Source: Chloroflexota bacterium (GTDB lineage: Bacteria; Chloroflexota; UBA11872; VXOZ01). From it: a stretch of DNA of 64,000 bases. The stretch spans positions 2,752,001 to 2,816,000 of the forward strand of contig OZ244922.1 of assembly GCA_965221905.1 (NCBI GenBank). Direction: 5' to 3'. This document shows, piece by piece, positions 10,604-19,093 of the stretch. The notes beneath the pieces are model-generated. The model had not been told where the DNA came from, searched no databases, and was given only the letters and a program-made list of their open reading frames with translations. Numbering within the stretch: the stretch's first letter is position 1; every line of letters begins with the position of its first letter. Both the position numbers and the translations under genes were made by a program.

Positions 10604-10718
10604 TACATCCTGCGCTCGAACTAAAGCGCAGTCACGTCACTAAAGGGATAGTTTCTGGAGAACTGGATGTCGGGCCAACAAGACAATCCGATGGATAACA
10701 AGCATGAGCCGACCTGCA

Positions 10719-11004
10719 CTTCGACAGGCTCAGTGCGAACGGATAAGTGAGGGCCGTAAGGTCAATAAATGAGAGCCGGTAGGTCAACAAAGCACTTTGT
10801 CAAGAGTTAACTCTTGGTGGGTAGGCTCTTCAAGAATTCGCTCATGAAATGCCGGCTCGCAGAGGGTGGACATTCACAAGTTCGCACATGGAGCGTTGGC
10901 TTGCGACGAGCGCGTTCAAAAGAGTAAGGATTTCGTTCAGCCCAAGCCCGTTCGTGCTGAGCCTCGCCCGTCCTGAGCTTGCCGAAGGATCGAAGCATGA
11001 ACGG
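10719..11004. repeat. Family-A palindromic repeats (two clusters)
   Basis: cttcgacaggctcagtgcgaacgg at 10719 and ccgttcgtgctgagc...gagcttgccgaaggatcgaagcatgaacgg at 10948. Confidence 0.75.
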
Positions 11005-11131
11005 AAACATCGAAAGAACGTGCACTGGCTCTGAAATCAAAATGCGCAGCGGCCCCATTCTTCCCATTCTCAGCGCAGATATGGCAAAGTGAACAACACG
11101 ATAACATCCAAGACAAAGAAGGAGGCAGCTA

Positions 11132-12433
11132 ATGGCCGATCCGGCGCAGCAAATTGACGACTGGGTAGAAACCCACAAAGATGAGCTTATAAAATTCCTG
11201 CAGCAGCTTGTGCAAATCCCGTCGGAGTCGCTCCCGCCCGAGGGACACGAGGCGGCTGCCCAAGAGTTCGTTGCCAACGCCTTCCGTCAGGCCGGTGCGG
11301 ACGTTGACGTATTCGACCCCATCGACGTGCCCGGCCTCACCGAACACCCCATCTACCTGCCGGTGTGGGGAGACATGCCCCGCAAATTAGAGGATCGACC
11401 CTGTGTCGTCGGCGTCTTTCGGGGTTCCGGCGGTGGCAAATCCTTGCTTGTTTCGAGCCACATTGACACCGTTGGCGCCGATGATCCCGCGTTGTGGACG
11501 GAAGCCGCACCCTTTAGTGCGGCAATTATCGACGGCAAGATGTACGGTCGCGGCACCTACGATACCAAGGCCGGCATCGCCTCCAGCCTCTTTGCCATTC
11601 GCTGCCTGCGCGAGCTTGGGCTGCCGCTCAAAGGCGACGTCATCGTCGAGAGCGTCTCGGACGAGGAGTTTGGCGGCTCCCACGGCACGCTGGCGTGTCG
11701 CCTCAAGGGCTACAACGCCGACATTGCCATTAACTCCGAACCGACGAACATGCACGTTGCTCCGGCCACTCGCGGCGGCGGCCAGTGGAAGATCACCGTG
11801 CAAGGTGAAGCCGGCATGGCGCTCGGCGGCGCGGAGCGTGTGAGTTCATCATTCAAGATCGCCTGGGTCATTGAAGCGCTGCGCCAATACAACCTCAAGC
11901 GCAATCGGGACATCCCCACACCGCCGCATTACGCCCATGATCCGGGCCTGCCGCTCTATGTCTCCCAGATCGGCGGCGGCGGCGATACGTTTGCGGAAGA
12001 CCAAGGCGCAGCGCCGCCATCCTGCTACGCGAACGTGTGGTGCGAGGTTTATGCCGGTATGACGGCGGAAGAGCACATGCAGGAGATCAAGACGTTCGTC
12101 AACTCCTACCTGGACGGCATCGAGGGTTTCGACGGCGAATACCCTGAGTACAAGCTGGAACTGCGTTTCCTGCCGGGCAGCGAAACCAGCACCGAGCACC
12201 CCATCTTTGACCACTTAGCCGATGCGTACCAGTCGGCGAATCGCGACTACCAGATTCAGGGTGCGCCCTTTGCTTCCGACGGCTACGTTTTCAACCTGCA
12301 CAGTCCCACGCCGGTCATCACCGTGGGCGTAGGCGGCGATAACGCCCATGCGCCCAACGAGTACATTTACGTGCAGGACCTGATCGACCTCACCCGTATC
12401 TTTGCACGCACCATGACCTCGTGGTGCGGCTAG
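11132..12433 (+). CDS. M20/M25/M40 metallopeptidase (ArgE/DapE-like deacylase)
   Basis: SD AAGGAGG. SHIDTV, YGRGTYDTKAG, SDEE, AHAPNE metal ligands. Confidence 0.92.
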   Translation: MADPAQQIDDWVETHKDELIKFLQQLVQIPSESLPPEGHEAAAQEFVANAFRQAGADVDVFDPIDVPGLTEHPIYLPVWGDMPRKLEDRPCVVGVFRGSGGGKSLLVSSHIDTVGADDPALWTEAAPFSAAIIDGKMYGRGTYDTKAGIASSLFAIRCLRELGLPLKGDVIVESVSDEEFGGSHGTLACRLKGYNADIAINSEPTNMHVAPATRGGGQWKITVQGEAGMALGGAERVSSSFKIAWVIEALRQYNLKRNRDIPTPPHYAHDPGLPLYVSQIGGGGDTFAEDQGAAPPSCYANVWCEVYAGMTAEEHMQEIKTFVNSYLDGIEGFDGEYPEYKLELRFLPGSETSTEHPIFDHLADAYQSANRDYQIQGAPFASDGYVFNLHSPTPVITVGVGGDNAHAPNEYIYVQDLIDLTRIFARTMTSWCG

Positions 12434-12454
12434 AAGGGTTCGTGAAATGAGTAG

Positions 12455-12684
12455 CCGTTCATCCTTAGACCCTTCGACAAGCTCAGGACAGGCAGGCTCA
12501 GTGGCTGCCCCGTACTCGATACGGGGACGAACGGATATTGGCTTTCTTCAAGGAATTCTTCTTTCTTCCCTTCGTAGTGAGCCTGTCGAACGAGGAATTA
12601 TCCTTTCTTCCGTTCGTGGTGAGCTTGTCGAGCGAGGTATTATTATTTCTTCCGTTCGTGGTGAGCCTGTCGAACCATGAACGG
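12455..12684. repeat. Family-A repeat cluster containing 3 x 42-bp tandem units (12551-12676)
   Basis: aggaatt..ctttcttcc(c/g)ttcgt(a/g)gtgagc(c/t)tgtcga occurs three times. Confidence 0.85.
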
Positions 12685-12729
12685 CGATTGGCTGAGATTT
12701 TTCGCACATCCCCTAAGAGAGGTCTTGCC

Positions 12730-14142
12730 ATGCAGCAACCCCACATTCTGCTGATCACGTCCGATCAGCATCGCGGTGACAGCTTAGGCATCAACGGGCA
12801 TCCGGTGGTCAGCGCGCCCAATCTCGACTATCTCGCCGCCTCCGGCGCCAACTTCCCACGTGCCTACGTGGAAGGGCCCTCCTGCATCGCCGCGCGCCGC
12901 ACGATTATCTCCGGCCAGAAGCCGGTGACCCACGGCATGGTGACCTATTGGGACGGCGTGCCCTGGGAAATCGAACACACTCTGCCGGGTGAGCTAGGCA
13001 AAGCGGGGTACCAGACCCAACTCGTAGGCAAGCTCCACATGCATCCGCCCCGCAAGCGCTATGGGTTCGATCACGTGATTTGGGCCGATTCGCCCTGGGG
13101 AGATAACGACTACACGAACTGGCTGCACGAGAACGGCGTTCAGTCCGTCGCGCCGGGGGTTGCCCACGGCCAGGACATGAACTCCTGGGTTGCCCGACCT
13201 TCTCATCTGCCGGAAGAACTGGAGCACACCACCTGGTGCACCAACGAGGCCATGCGTTTCCTTGACCGCCGTGATCCGTCGGCGCCCTTCTTTCTCTATG
13301 TGTCGTACTTTGCGCCCCATCCACCGCTCACGCCGCCGCAGTTCTACTACGACCGCTATCTGTCGCTGCCCACGCCTGAACCCGTCGTCGGCGACTGGGC
13401 GGACAAATATGACGGTCCGGTGGTTGGGCTTGACCCCAACGCTCCGCGCGGCTCGTGGGACCCCGAGGCCATGCATCGCTGCCGCGCGGCGTACTACGGG
13501 CTGATAAACTTCGTCGACGACCAGGTAGCCCGCCTCCTGCAGCACGTGCGCAAGCTTGGTCTCTTGCAAGACACGTTCATTCTCTATACCTCCGACCACG
13601 GCGAGATGCTGGGCGACCACAACCTCTTCCGCAAGACGTTTGCCTACGAAGGATCCGCCCGCATTCCGTTCATGGTCAATGCGCCGGACTGGCTGGTGAA
13701 CGAGAGTGGTACGGCCAGCGCAAACGTGGTGGGGCTGCAAGACGTCATGCCGACGCTCCTCGACGCAGCCGGCGCGCCCATCCCTGACACGGTTGACGGC
13801 GCCAGCCTGCTGCCGCTCATGCGCGGCGAGGACACGGCGTGGCGCGACTACCTCCACGGCGAGCACCTGGGCACCTATCGCCCGGAAGACGCCATGCAAT
13901 ACCTCACCGACGGCAAGGAGAAGTACATCTGGTACACGGTAAAAGGCGAAGAACAGCTCTTCAACCTGGCAGACGACCCGCAGGAGTGCCTTAATCTTGC
14001 CCCAGACCCCAACCACCAGGATTGCCTCATGCTCTGGCGCAAGCGCATGATCCAAGAGCTATCGAGCCGCACTGAAGGCTACACAGACGGCCAAACCCTC
14101 ATCTCCGGCCGCCGTCCAAATGCTTTCCAACCGGATGAGTGA
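12730..14142 (+). CDS. Arylsulfatase (Cys-type, CxAxR)
   Basis: Start reassigned to MQQPHILLITSDQHR (SD GAGAGG). CIAAR, GKLHMHP, PHPPL, SDHGEMLGDH. Confidence 0.92.
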   Translation: MQQPHILLITSDQHRGDSLGINGHPVVSAPNLDYLAASGANFPRAYVEGPSCIAARRTIISGQKPVTHGMVTYWDGVPWEIEHTLPGELGKAGYQTQLVGKLHMHPPRKRYGFDHVIWADSPWGDNDYTNWLHENGVQSVAPGVAHGQDMNSWVARPSHLPEELEHTTWCTNEAMRFLDRRDPSAPFFLYVSYFAPHPPLTPPQFYYDRYLSLPTPEPVVGDWADKYDGPVVGLDPNAPRGSWDPEAMHRCRAAYYGLINFVDDQVARLLQHVRKLGLLQDTFILYTSDHGEMLGDHNLFRKTFAYEGSARIPFMVNAPDWLVNESGTASANVVGLQDVMPTLLDAAGAPIPDTVDGASLLPLMRGEDTAWRDYLHGEHLGTYRPEDAMQYLTDGKEKYIWYTVKGEEQLFNLADDPQECLNLAPDPNHQDCLMLWRKRMIQELSSRTEGYTDGQTLISGRRPNAFQPDE

Positions 14143-14212
14143 TTCCAAGAGAGGAAAGGGTTGGTGCGAAGGGAATTCTAGGCATTGCAAGAACACGTGG
14201 TGAGTGGAATCA

Positions 14213-14247
14213 CAAAGGGGGCGCTCTTTGAAAGAGCGCCCCCTTTG
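14213..14247. terminator. Probable bidirectional terminator between convergent genes
   Basis: Perfect 17-bp inverted repeat caaagggggcgctcttt-g-aaagagcgccccctttg. Confidence 0.75.
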
Positions 14248-14279
14248 ACTATGTGCCTATCGCAGATGCAAGTCTGCTG

Positions 14280-15653
14280 CTAGCTGATGACGCCCAAGCG
14301 CTTGAGCTCTACCTGCTCCTCTTCCAGAATCTTGTTGCCGATGGCGACGCCGGTGGCGACGGCTTCATCCATTGTCACCTCGTTGTCCACGGCCTTGTTA
14401 AGCTCGGCCGGGATGGCGCTGTTCCACTCCAGGGTGGAGTACGACTGCGGGTAGTCGTAGCCCCAGTCCATGGAGTCTAGGAACTTCTGGGCCAATTCGG
14501 GGAAATCGTTATTGGCGGTCCAATTGCGGGAGCCCTTCCAACTGCCGGGCATGGTGAACTCGGCAGTGGAGTTTTCGCCGGTGTCCGACGTGGTGGCGTA
14601 CTTGATAAATTCCCACGAGTGGTCCGGCGTTTCCACCTGGTCGCCCGCCGAGAATGAGGAGCCGTGTACCACGTTGGCCTGCCGGGCGTTCATGGGCAGG
14701 TACTGCACGCCCCAGTTGATGTGATCCAGCGGCGCGAGATGACCGAATTCCCACGGGCCGCTGGCGCGGAACGTAATTAAACCGTTGTGGAACATATTCC
14801 GCTTGCCGCCGGAATCGGAGGCTTCCGGACGCGTGGGCGCCACGCCATGCTGGTGAATGAGGCCGTGCATGAAGTTAAACGCTTCCAGCCCTTCCGGCTG
14901 ACCAAAGAGGAACTCCGTCTTCTCTTTGTTCAGGATTTCGCCGCCATTCGCAAGGACGTAGTTGTAGCCTTCGGTCTGTCCCCAAACCGAGACGTAGGTA
15001 CCCCAGCGCTCCGGCGTTTCGCCCTTGCGGACCGTGAGCTTCTGCGACATCTCCAACCAGTCATCAAACGTCCAGCCCACTGCCGGCTCGTCCAGTCCTG
15101 CCTCTCCCAAATGCTCTCGGTTGTAGTACATGCCGATGGTGGCGTGGAAGTTGGGTAGACCCCAAACCTTGCCGAACAGTGTATAGACGTTCACGAGATA
15201 CCCTGGGAACGTCTCCAGCATGTCTATGTTGTCGGCCTTTACGTAGGGCGAAAGGTCGAAGAGGATGTTGTTCGCCGCGTGGAACATGATGTTGGGGCCG
15301 TTCATGATCATCACATCGAACGGTGTGCCCGCGGCGGCTGAGGTCTTGAGCTTCGGCCAATACTCTCCCCACGCCGTAATATCGATGGAGAGGTCGAGAT
15401 TCGCGCTGACCTCCTGCTTGTAGCCGTCAATACACCGTTGGTAGTCCCCGCCCTGCGCCTCCGTATAGCAGATGGCATTGAGCGCCACCGTTTCCGGCTC
15501 CGCCGGTTTTGCTTCCGCCGCCGGTTTCTCAGCCATGTCCGCGTCCGGCTCGCTCGTCATTGTGGCCTGGCCGCACGCCGCGAGCAGCAGCGCGCCGCTC
15601 CACCCAAGCATGCCCGCCAGCACCCCACGTCGTGTTGCTCTGTTCTGAAGCAT
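14280..15653 (-). CDS. ABC transporter sugar-binding lipoprotein; close paralog of 1753..3123
   Basis: TRRGVL...LAACG. Shares YT(L/V)FGK.WG.P, WGQT.GYN, WEFIK and a similar C-terminus with the first SBP. Confidence 0.9.
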   Translation of the reverse strand: MLQNRATRRGVLAGMLGWSGALLLAACGQATMTSEPDADMAEKPAAEAKPAEPETVALNAICYTEAQGGDYQRCIDGYKQEVSANLDLSIDITAWGEYWPKLKTSAAAGTPFDVMIMNGPNIMFHAANNILFDLSPYVKADNIDMLETFPGYLVNVYTLFGKVWGLPNFHATIGMYYNREHLGEAGLDEPAVGWTFDDWLEMSQKLTVRKGETPERWGTYVSVWGQTEGYNYVLANGGEILNKEKTEFLFGQPEGLEAFNFMHGLIHQHGVAPTRPEASDSGGKRNMFHNGLITFRASGPWEFGHLAPLDHINWGVQYLPMNARQANVVHGSSFSAGDQVETPDHSWEFIKYATTSDTGENSTAEFTMPGSWKGSRNWTANNDFPELAQKFLDSMDWGYDYPQSYSTLEWNSAIPAELNKAVDNEVTMDEAVATGVAIGNKILEEEQVELKRLGVIS

Positions 15654-15984
15654 TGCTCTCCTCCTTGAATTGCTTTCAACGCTCCTACGATATGGGCAGT
15701 ATACCCACCAATAGTCATGCCAGCAAGGCCGTAGGACTTGGGCAATGGTGACCTGCGGTCAATGAAATGAGCGACGTGACTATTCAAGAACGTCTGAGAG
15801 GCCAAAGCAATTGAGACTTACCCCCCCCCTCGGATGACGCCTGCATGACCCGAAAACGCGACCAGTGAAGATTCGGGAGACGAATTGCTCCAAGACCTCC
15901 GTGATATTGCTATGCTGGAATAGAGTGAAATTCCCAAACTGGCGACGGAGAGTTAGAGGTCTTCACAATAGGGCGGAGGTAGTC

Positions 15985-16329
15985 ATGGCACCACTAGCCG
16001 CAGAGAATTGCGTGGTCTGTCGCGTAGGCGCGCCGACGATGACCGCAGACGAAATAGCCGAATTTCAGCCCCAAATCCCCGAATGGAAGCTCGTTGAGCG
16101 GGATGGCATTCCGCAGTTGGAGCGAGTCTACGCCTTTCGGAATTTTACCCAATCGCTGGCATTCACCAACAAAATCGGCGCCTTGGCGGAAGAGGAAGGA
16201 CATCATCCCGCTATTCTCACCGAGTGGGTGGGCGTCACTGTGTCGTGGTGGACCCACAAGATACGCGGGCTGCACCGCAACGACTTCATCATGGCGGCCA
16301 AGACGGACGCACTCTATGGGAGCGATTAG
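15985..16329 (+). CDS. phhB: Pterin-4a-carbinolamine dehydratase
   Basis: Start MAPLAAENC (SD GGAGG). AEEEGHHP, WWTHKIRGL..NDFIMAAK. Confidence 0.92.
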   Translation: MAPLAAENCVVCRVGAPTMTADEIAEFQPQIPEWKLVERDGIPQLERVYAFRNFTQSLAFTNKIGALAEEEGHHPAILTEWVGVTVSWWTHKIRGLHRNDFIMAAKTDALYGSD

Positions 16330-16446
16330 CGTTCCTGAATGCCACCTCTACACTAGGGCCGTTCATCTAAAGTGCACGTGAGAATTAACCGCATCTCCTT
16401 CCCCAACCTAGCCTGGTTCCGCGTCCCTAGAGAGTGAGGCGCTCTC

Positions 16447-16541
16447 CGTTCGTGCTGAGCTTGTCGAAGTACGGACGGAGAACGGGAACCACCAACCTGC
16501 CATCTCTGCCGTTCACCCTTCGACAGGCTCAGGGCGAACGG
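16447..16541. repeat. Family-A inverted repeat doublet
   Basis: cgttcgtgctgagcttgtcgaag ... cttcgacaggctcagggcgaacgg. Confidence 0.8.
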
Positions 16542-16639
16542 CAGGGCTTGCCCAACGTTCGCAACCGTCTTGCGCCGGACGCGTCGAGATACGACGAGGA
16601 ACACGCCACGGGAAATAGTTAGCGTGATTCTCTTGAATT

Positions 16640-18073
16640 TCAGCCTTCCCCTAGTTCTTCCTCGGCATTGCGGCGCAGTATCAGCGGGCTGAGCACGGCG
16701 TAGAGTACAAACGCCACGATGAATGACGGCAGCGAGCCGCCGAAGCCCGTCAGTGCGTCCGGCACGAGGCCCTGTACACCTGAAACGTACGTGCTTAAGA
16801 GCGTAGGGCTCACGGCGTGGTAGACAATGACGCCGGCTGCCCAGCAGAACAGCCCCAGCCAGTTCACACCGCCCAGGTACCAGTATTTGCCATCACGCTC
16901 GTAAAGCTCCGCAGTCTCATACTCCTGCCGCCGCACCACGAAGTAGTCCGCCGCCATCACGCCAAAAAGCGAGATAAAGATCGAGCCAATGAGCAGCAGG
17001 AATATCTCGTACGTCACCATGTTCAAGAACGACGCCAAGATCAGGCCGATCGCGGCGACAATCACGACGAAAACCCGCTGCGGGATGCGCGTGAACACAT
17101 TTTGAGCGGTGACGGCCGCCGAGTAGATGTCGGCGAAGGCCTGATCGGTCTCCACGGCCAGGGTGGCAAGCAGCGCCAGCCAGCCGGCGGTAAACACAAG
17201 GATCGCGCCTGCGATTGCCACTGCCGGGTTGCTCAAGTCGCCGAGCGTCACCGTCGCCACCAACAGTATGCCGAGCGCGTAGAACCAGATGTTCGCCAAG
17301 AGATACCCCAGCCCGGATCCGGCAAACGCGCCGTTATCGCTGCGGCCAAACCGGCTGTAGTCCGCGATGAGCGGTATCCAGGAAATCGGCATGGCGATGA
17401 CGAGATCCACACCTACCCAGAAAGGCGCGCCATCCGTACTCGACTGGGAGAGCACGTCGCCAAGGTTGAAACTGCTCACGATGGAGTAAGTGAGCCAGAG
17501 CGACGCCGCCGTCATTACCCAAATGCCGAACTTCTCCATCCACTGACGCACAACCACAATCGGGCCGCCCAGGGCAAACGCTGTGCAAATAATCGCAAAG
17601 ATGACGAGCCAGAGCAGGTACGCGTCAAAGCCGAACACGGTCTTTGCGACATGATTTGCCGCCCACGACATGGCCCACAGCTCAAATGCCGTCCACCCCA
17701 CAAGCTGCAGGAAGTTGAAGGCGCTAGGCACATAGGAACCGCGAATGCCCAAGACGGGACGCAACAGTACCATGGTGGGCACGTTCACGCGAGCGCCTGC
17801 ATAGGCCATGAGTGCCAGCAGAAAGACTCCGATAATGCTGCCGACGATTACCGCCAGCAGCGCCTGCCGGGGGGCCATGCCCAGGCCGTGGTCTTCTGCC
17901 GGCAGCACCAGCAAGGCGCCGGTGAGAATAACAAGCAGACCGATCCCGAGGTTGAACCAGAGCACGAAATGCTGCCGAAACGTCATGCGGCGCTCTGACG
18001 GCGGTACGGGGTCGACGCCCCATTCCGGCGGTACCTCGACCCTTGGCAGTACCTTGGACAGTGATCCGAGCAT
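16640..18073 (-). CDS. cytX: NCS1/cytosine-permease family transporter, probably for a thiamine precursor (HMP, CytX-like)
   Basis: About 12 TM segments, LRPVLGIRGS, QLVGWTAFE, AMPISWIPLIADYSR. Lies under a TPP riboswitch. Confidence 0.8.
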   Translation of the reverse strand: MLGSLSKVLPRVEVPPEWGVDPVPPSERRMTFRQHFVLWFNLGIGLLVILTGALLVLPAEDHGLGMAPRQALLAVIVGSIIGVFLLALMAYAGARVNVPTMVLLRPVLGIRGSYVPSAFNFLQLVGWTAFELWAMSWAANHVAKTVFGFDAYLLWLVIFAIICTAFALGGPIVVVRQWMEKFGIWVMTAASLWLTYSIVSSFNLGDVLSQSSTDGAPFWVGVDLVIAMPISWIPLIADYSRFGRSDNGAFAGSGLGYLLANIWFYALGILLVATVTLGDLSNPAVAIAGAILVFTAGWLALLATLAVETDQAFADIYSAAVTAQNVFTRIPQRVFVVIVAAIGLILASFLNMVTYEIFLLLIGSIFISLFGVMAADYFVVRRQEYETAELYERDGKYWYLGGVNWLGLFCWAAGVIVYHAVSPTLLSTYVSGVQGLVPDALTGFGGSLPSFIVAFVLYAVLSPLILRRNAEEELGEG

Positions 18074-18155
18074 CGGTGCAAACCTCCTTCTGGATTCCGG
18101 CTTTCGCCGGAATTACGATAGTTTTGCGCCTGGACCTTACCAGGCAATCTGTTAA

Positions 18156-18188
18156 CAAAAACAGGCGTGCTGCGGATTCAGCACGCCT
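18156..18188 (-). terminator. Intrinsic terminator (riboswitch expression platform)
   Basis: Minus strand aggcgtgctg-aatccg-cagcacgcct followed by gttttt, between the aptamer and the RBS. Confidence 0.8.
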
Positions 18189-18207
18189 AAAGTATGCAAG
18201 GCTTTGC

Positions 18208-18308
18208 AGTGCATTCCCTCCGCAGGTATTACCCTGATCAGGTTCAAGGGTATGAGGACGTAAGCGCGTCTCTCGTCTCAGCCCGGACTCTCGGGCTCCC
18301 CTATCACG
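18208..18308 (-). promoter_or_regulatory. TPP riboswitch
   Basis: Minus strand: gggGAGCCCG..CGGGCTGAGA...ACCCTTGAACCTGATCAGGGTAATACCTGCGGAGGGAA, the THI-box consensus elements (CTGAGA, ACCTGAT, GTAAT.C..GCG.AGG). Confidence 0.95.
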
Positions 18309-18367
18309 CCACTCTTCAATTGTCCGACGCCGTTTACTCTATCACTATCGTGTCAAACGTGCAACAG

Positions 18368-19093
18368 CTATCGTCCCCCCAGAAACGCTTCGAGCACAAG
18401 CCGAAACTGACGCAAGCATTCTATTGCAAAATTGCGCTGATTAGCCACACGTCCGGAATCCGCAAGTAAGTGCGTGGTTGTCCAGACCTGCTCCTGTCCA
18501 GCATGTAAGTCAGCCGTAGACTGGGACCTGGCGCCCCGCCCACATGTGTGTTCTCCTTCATCGCTTGACTCTGCCGTAGCGCGGGGACTTGTCCCCCGCT
18601 CCTCTGCCAGTGGACCGATTCCACTCGGCCCAGCCACGGCAAGACACGCCATTCCCACCGGTTTCGCGGAACGGCGGCCGGTTTGGGGACCGGCAATGCC
18701 ACTCTCCGCCAGCGCCCAATCGGACGCAAAGGTGCGCCGGGCTAATTGTGCCAGGGCTGCCGCGTATTCCTCGCTCACAACACCGTGTTCGCTTGCTACG
18801 CCCTGAATACTCTGCACGAGCGGCGTCCTGCTGCCCGCGTATACAATAATCCCACCGCGAAACCACTCTTCATGCGCGGGAATAGCATGGATGAGCATGG
18901 CGATGGCGCCACCGGCGGCAGTCTCTGCCACTGCGAGCGTCTCTCCCCTTTTGGCAAGTGTCGTTCCAACTCCATCGAGCAGACGCTGCAGGTTGAGGCT
19001 TGTTTTCGCCCCCGCACCTTGACTGCGCGCCTCGGCATCTGAGCCCCGGTCTAAAGATGACCTTGCCGGACTATTCAGCCAGGGTGCGTTCAT
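18368..19093 (-). CDS. CinA C-terminal/PncC-like protein with degenerate motif and in-frame repeat-derived insertion; start uncertain
   Basis: LAVAETAAGG, WFRGGIIVY, HGVVSEE.A, SGIAGP, KPVGMACLAV. 5' end overlaps the selB stop. Confidence 0.75.
   Translation of the reverse strand: MNAPWLNSPARSSLDRGSDAEARSQGAGAKTSLNLQRLLDGVGTTLAKRGETLAVAETAAGGAIAMLIHAIPAHEEWFRGGIIVYAGSRTPLVQSIQGVASEHGVVSEEYAAALAQLARRTFASDWALAESGIAGPQTGRRSAKPVGMACLAVAGPSGIGPLAEERGTSPRATAESSDEGEHTCGRGARSQSTADLHAGQEQVWTTTHLLADSGRVANQRNFAIECLRQFRLVLEAFLGGR

Noticed and set aside
12538-12729. N-terminal extension (FLPFVVSLS x3) of the sulfatase
   Set aside because: It is the translation of the 3 x 42-bp DNA repeat. The real start is ATG 12730, with an SD and the typical PHILLIT start.
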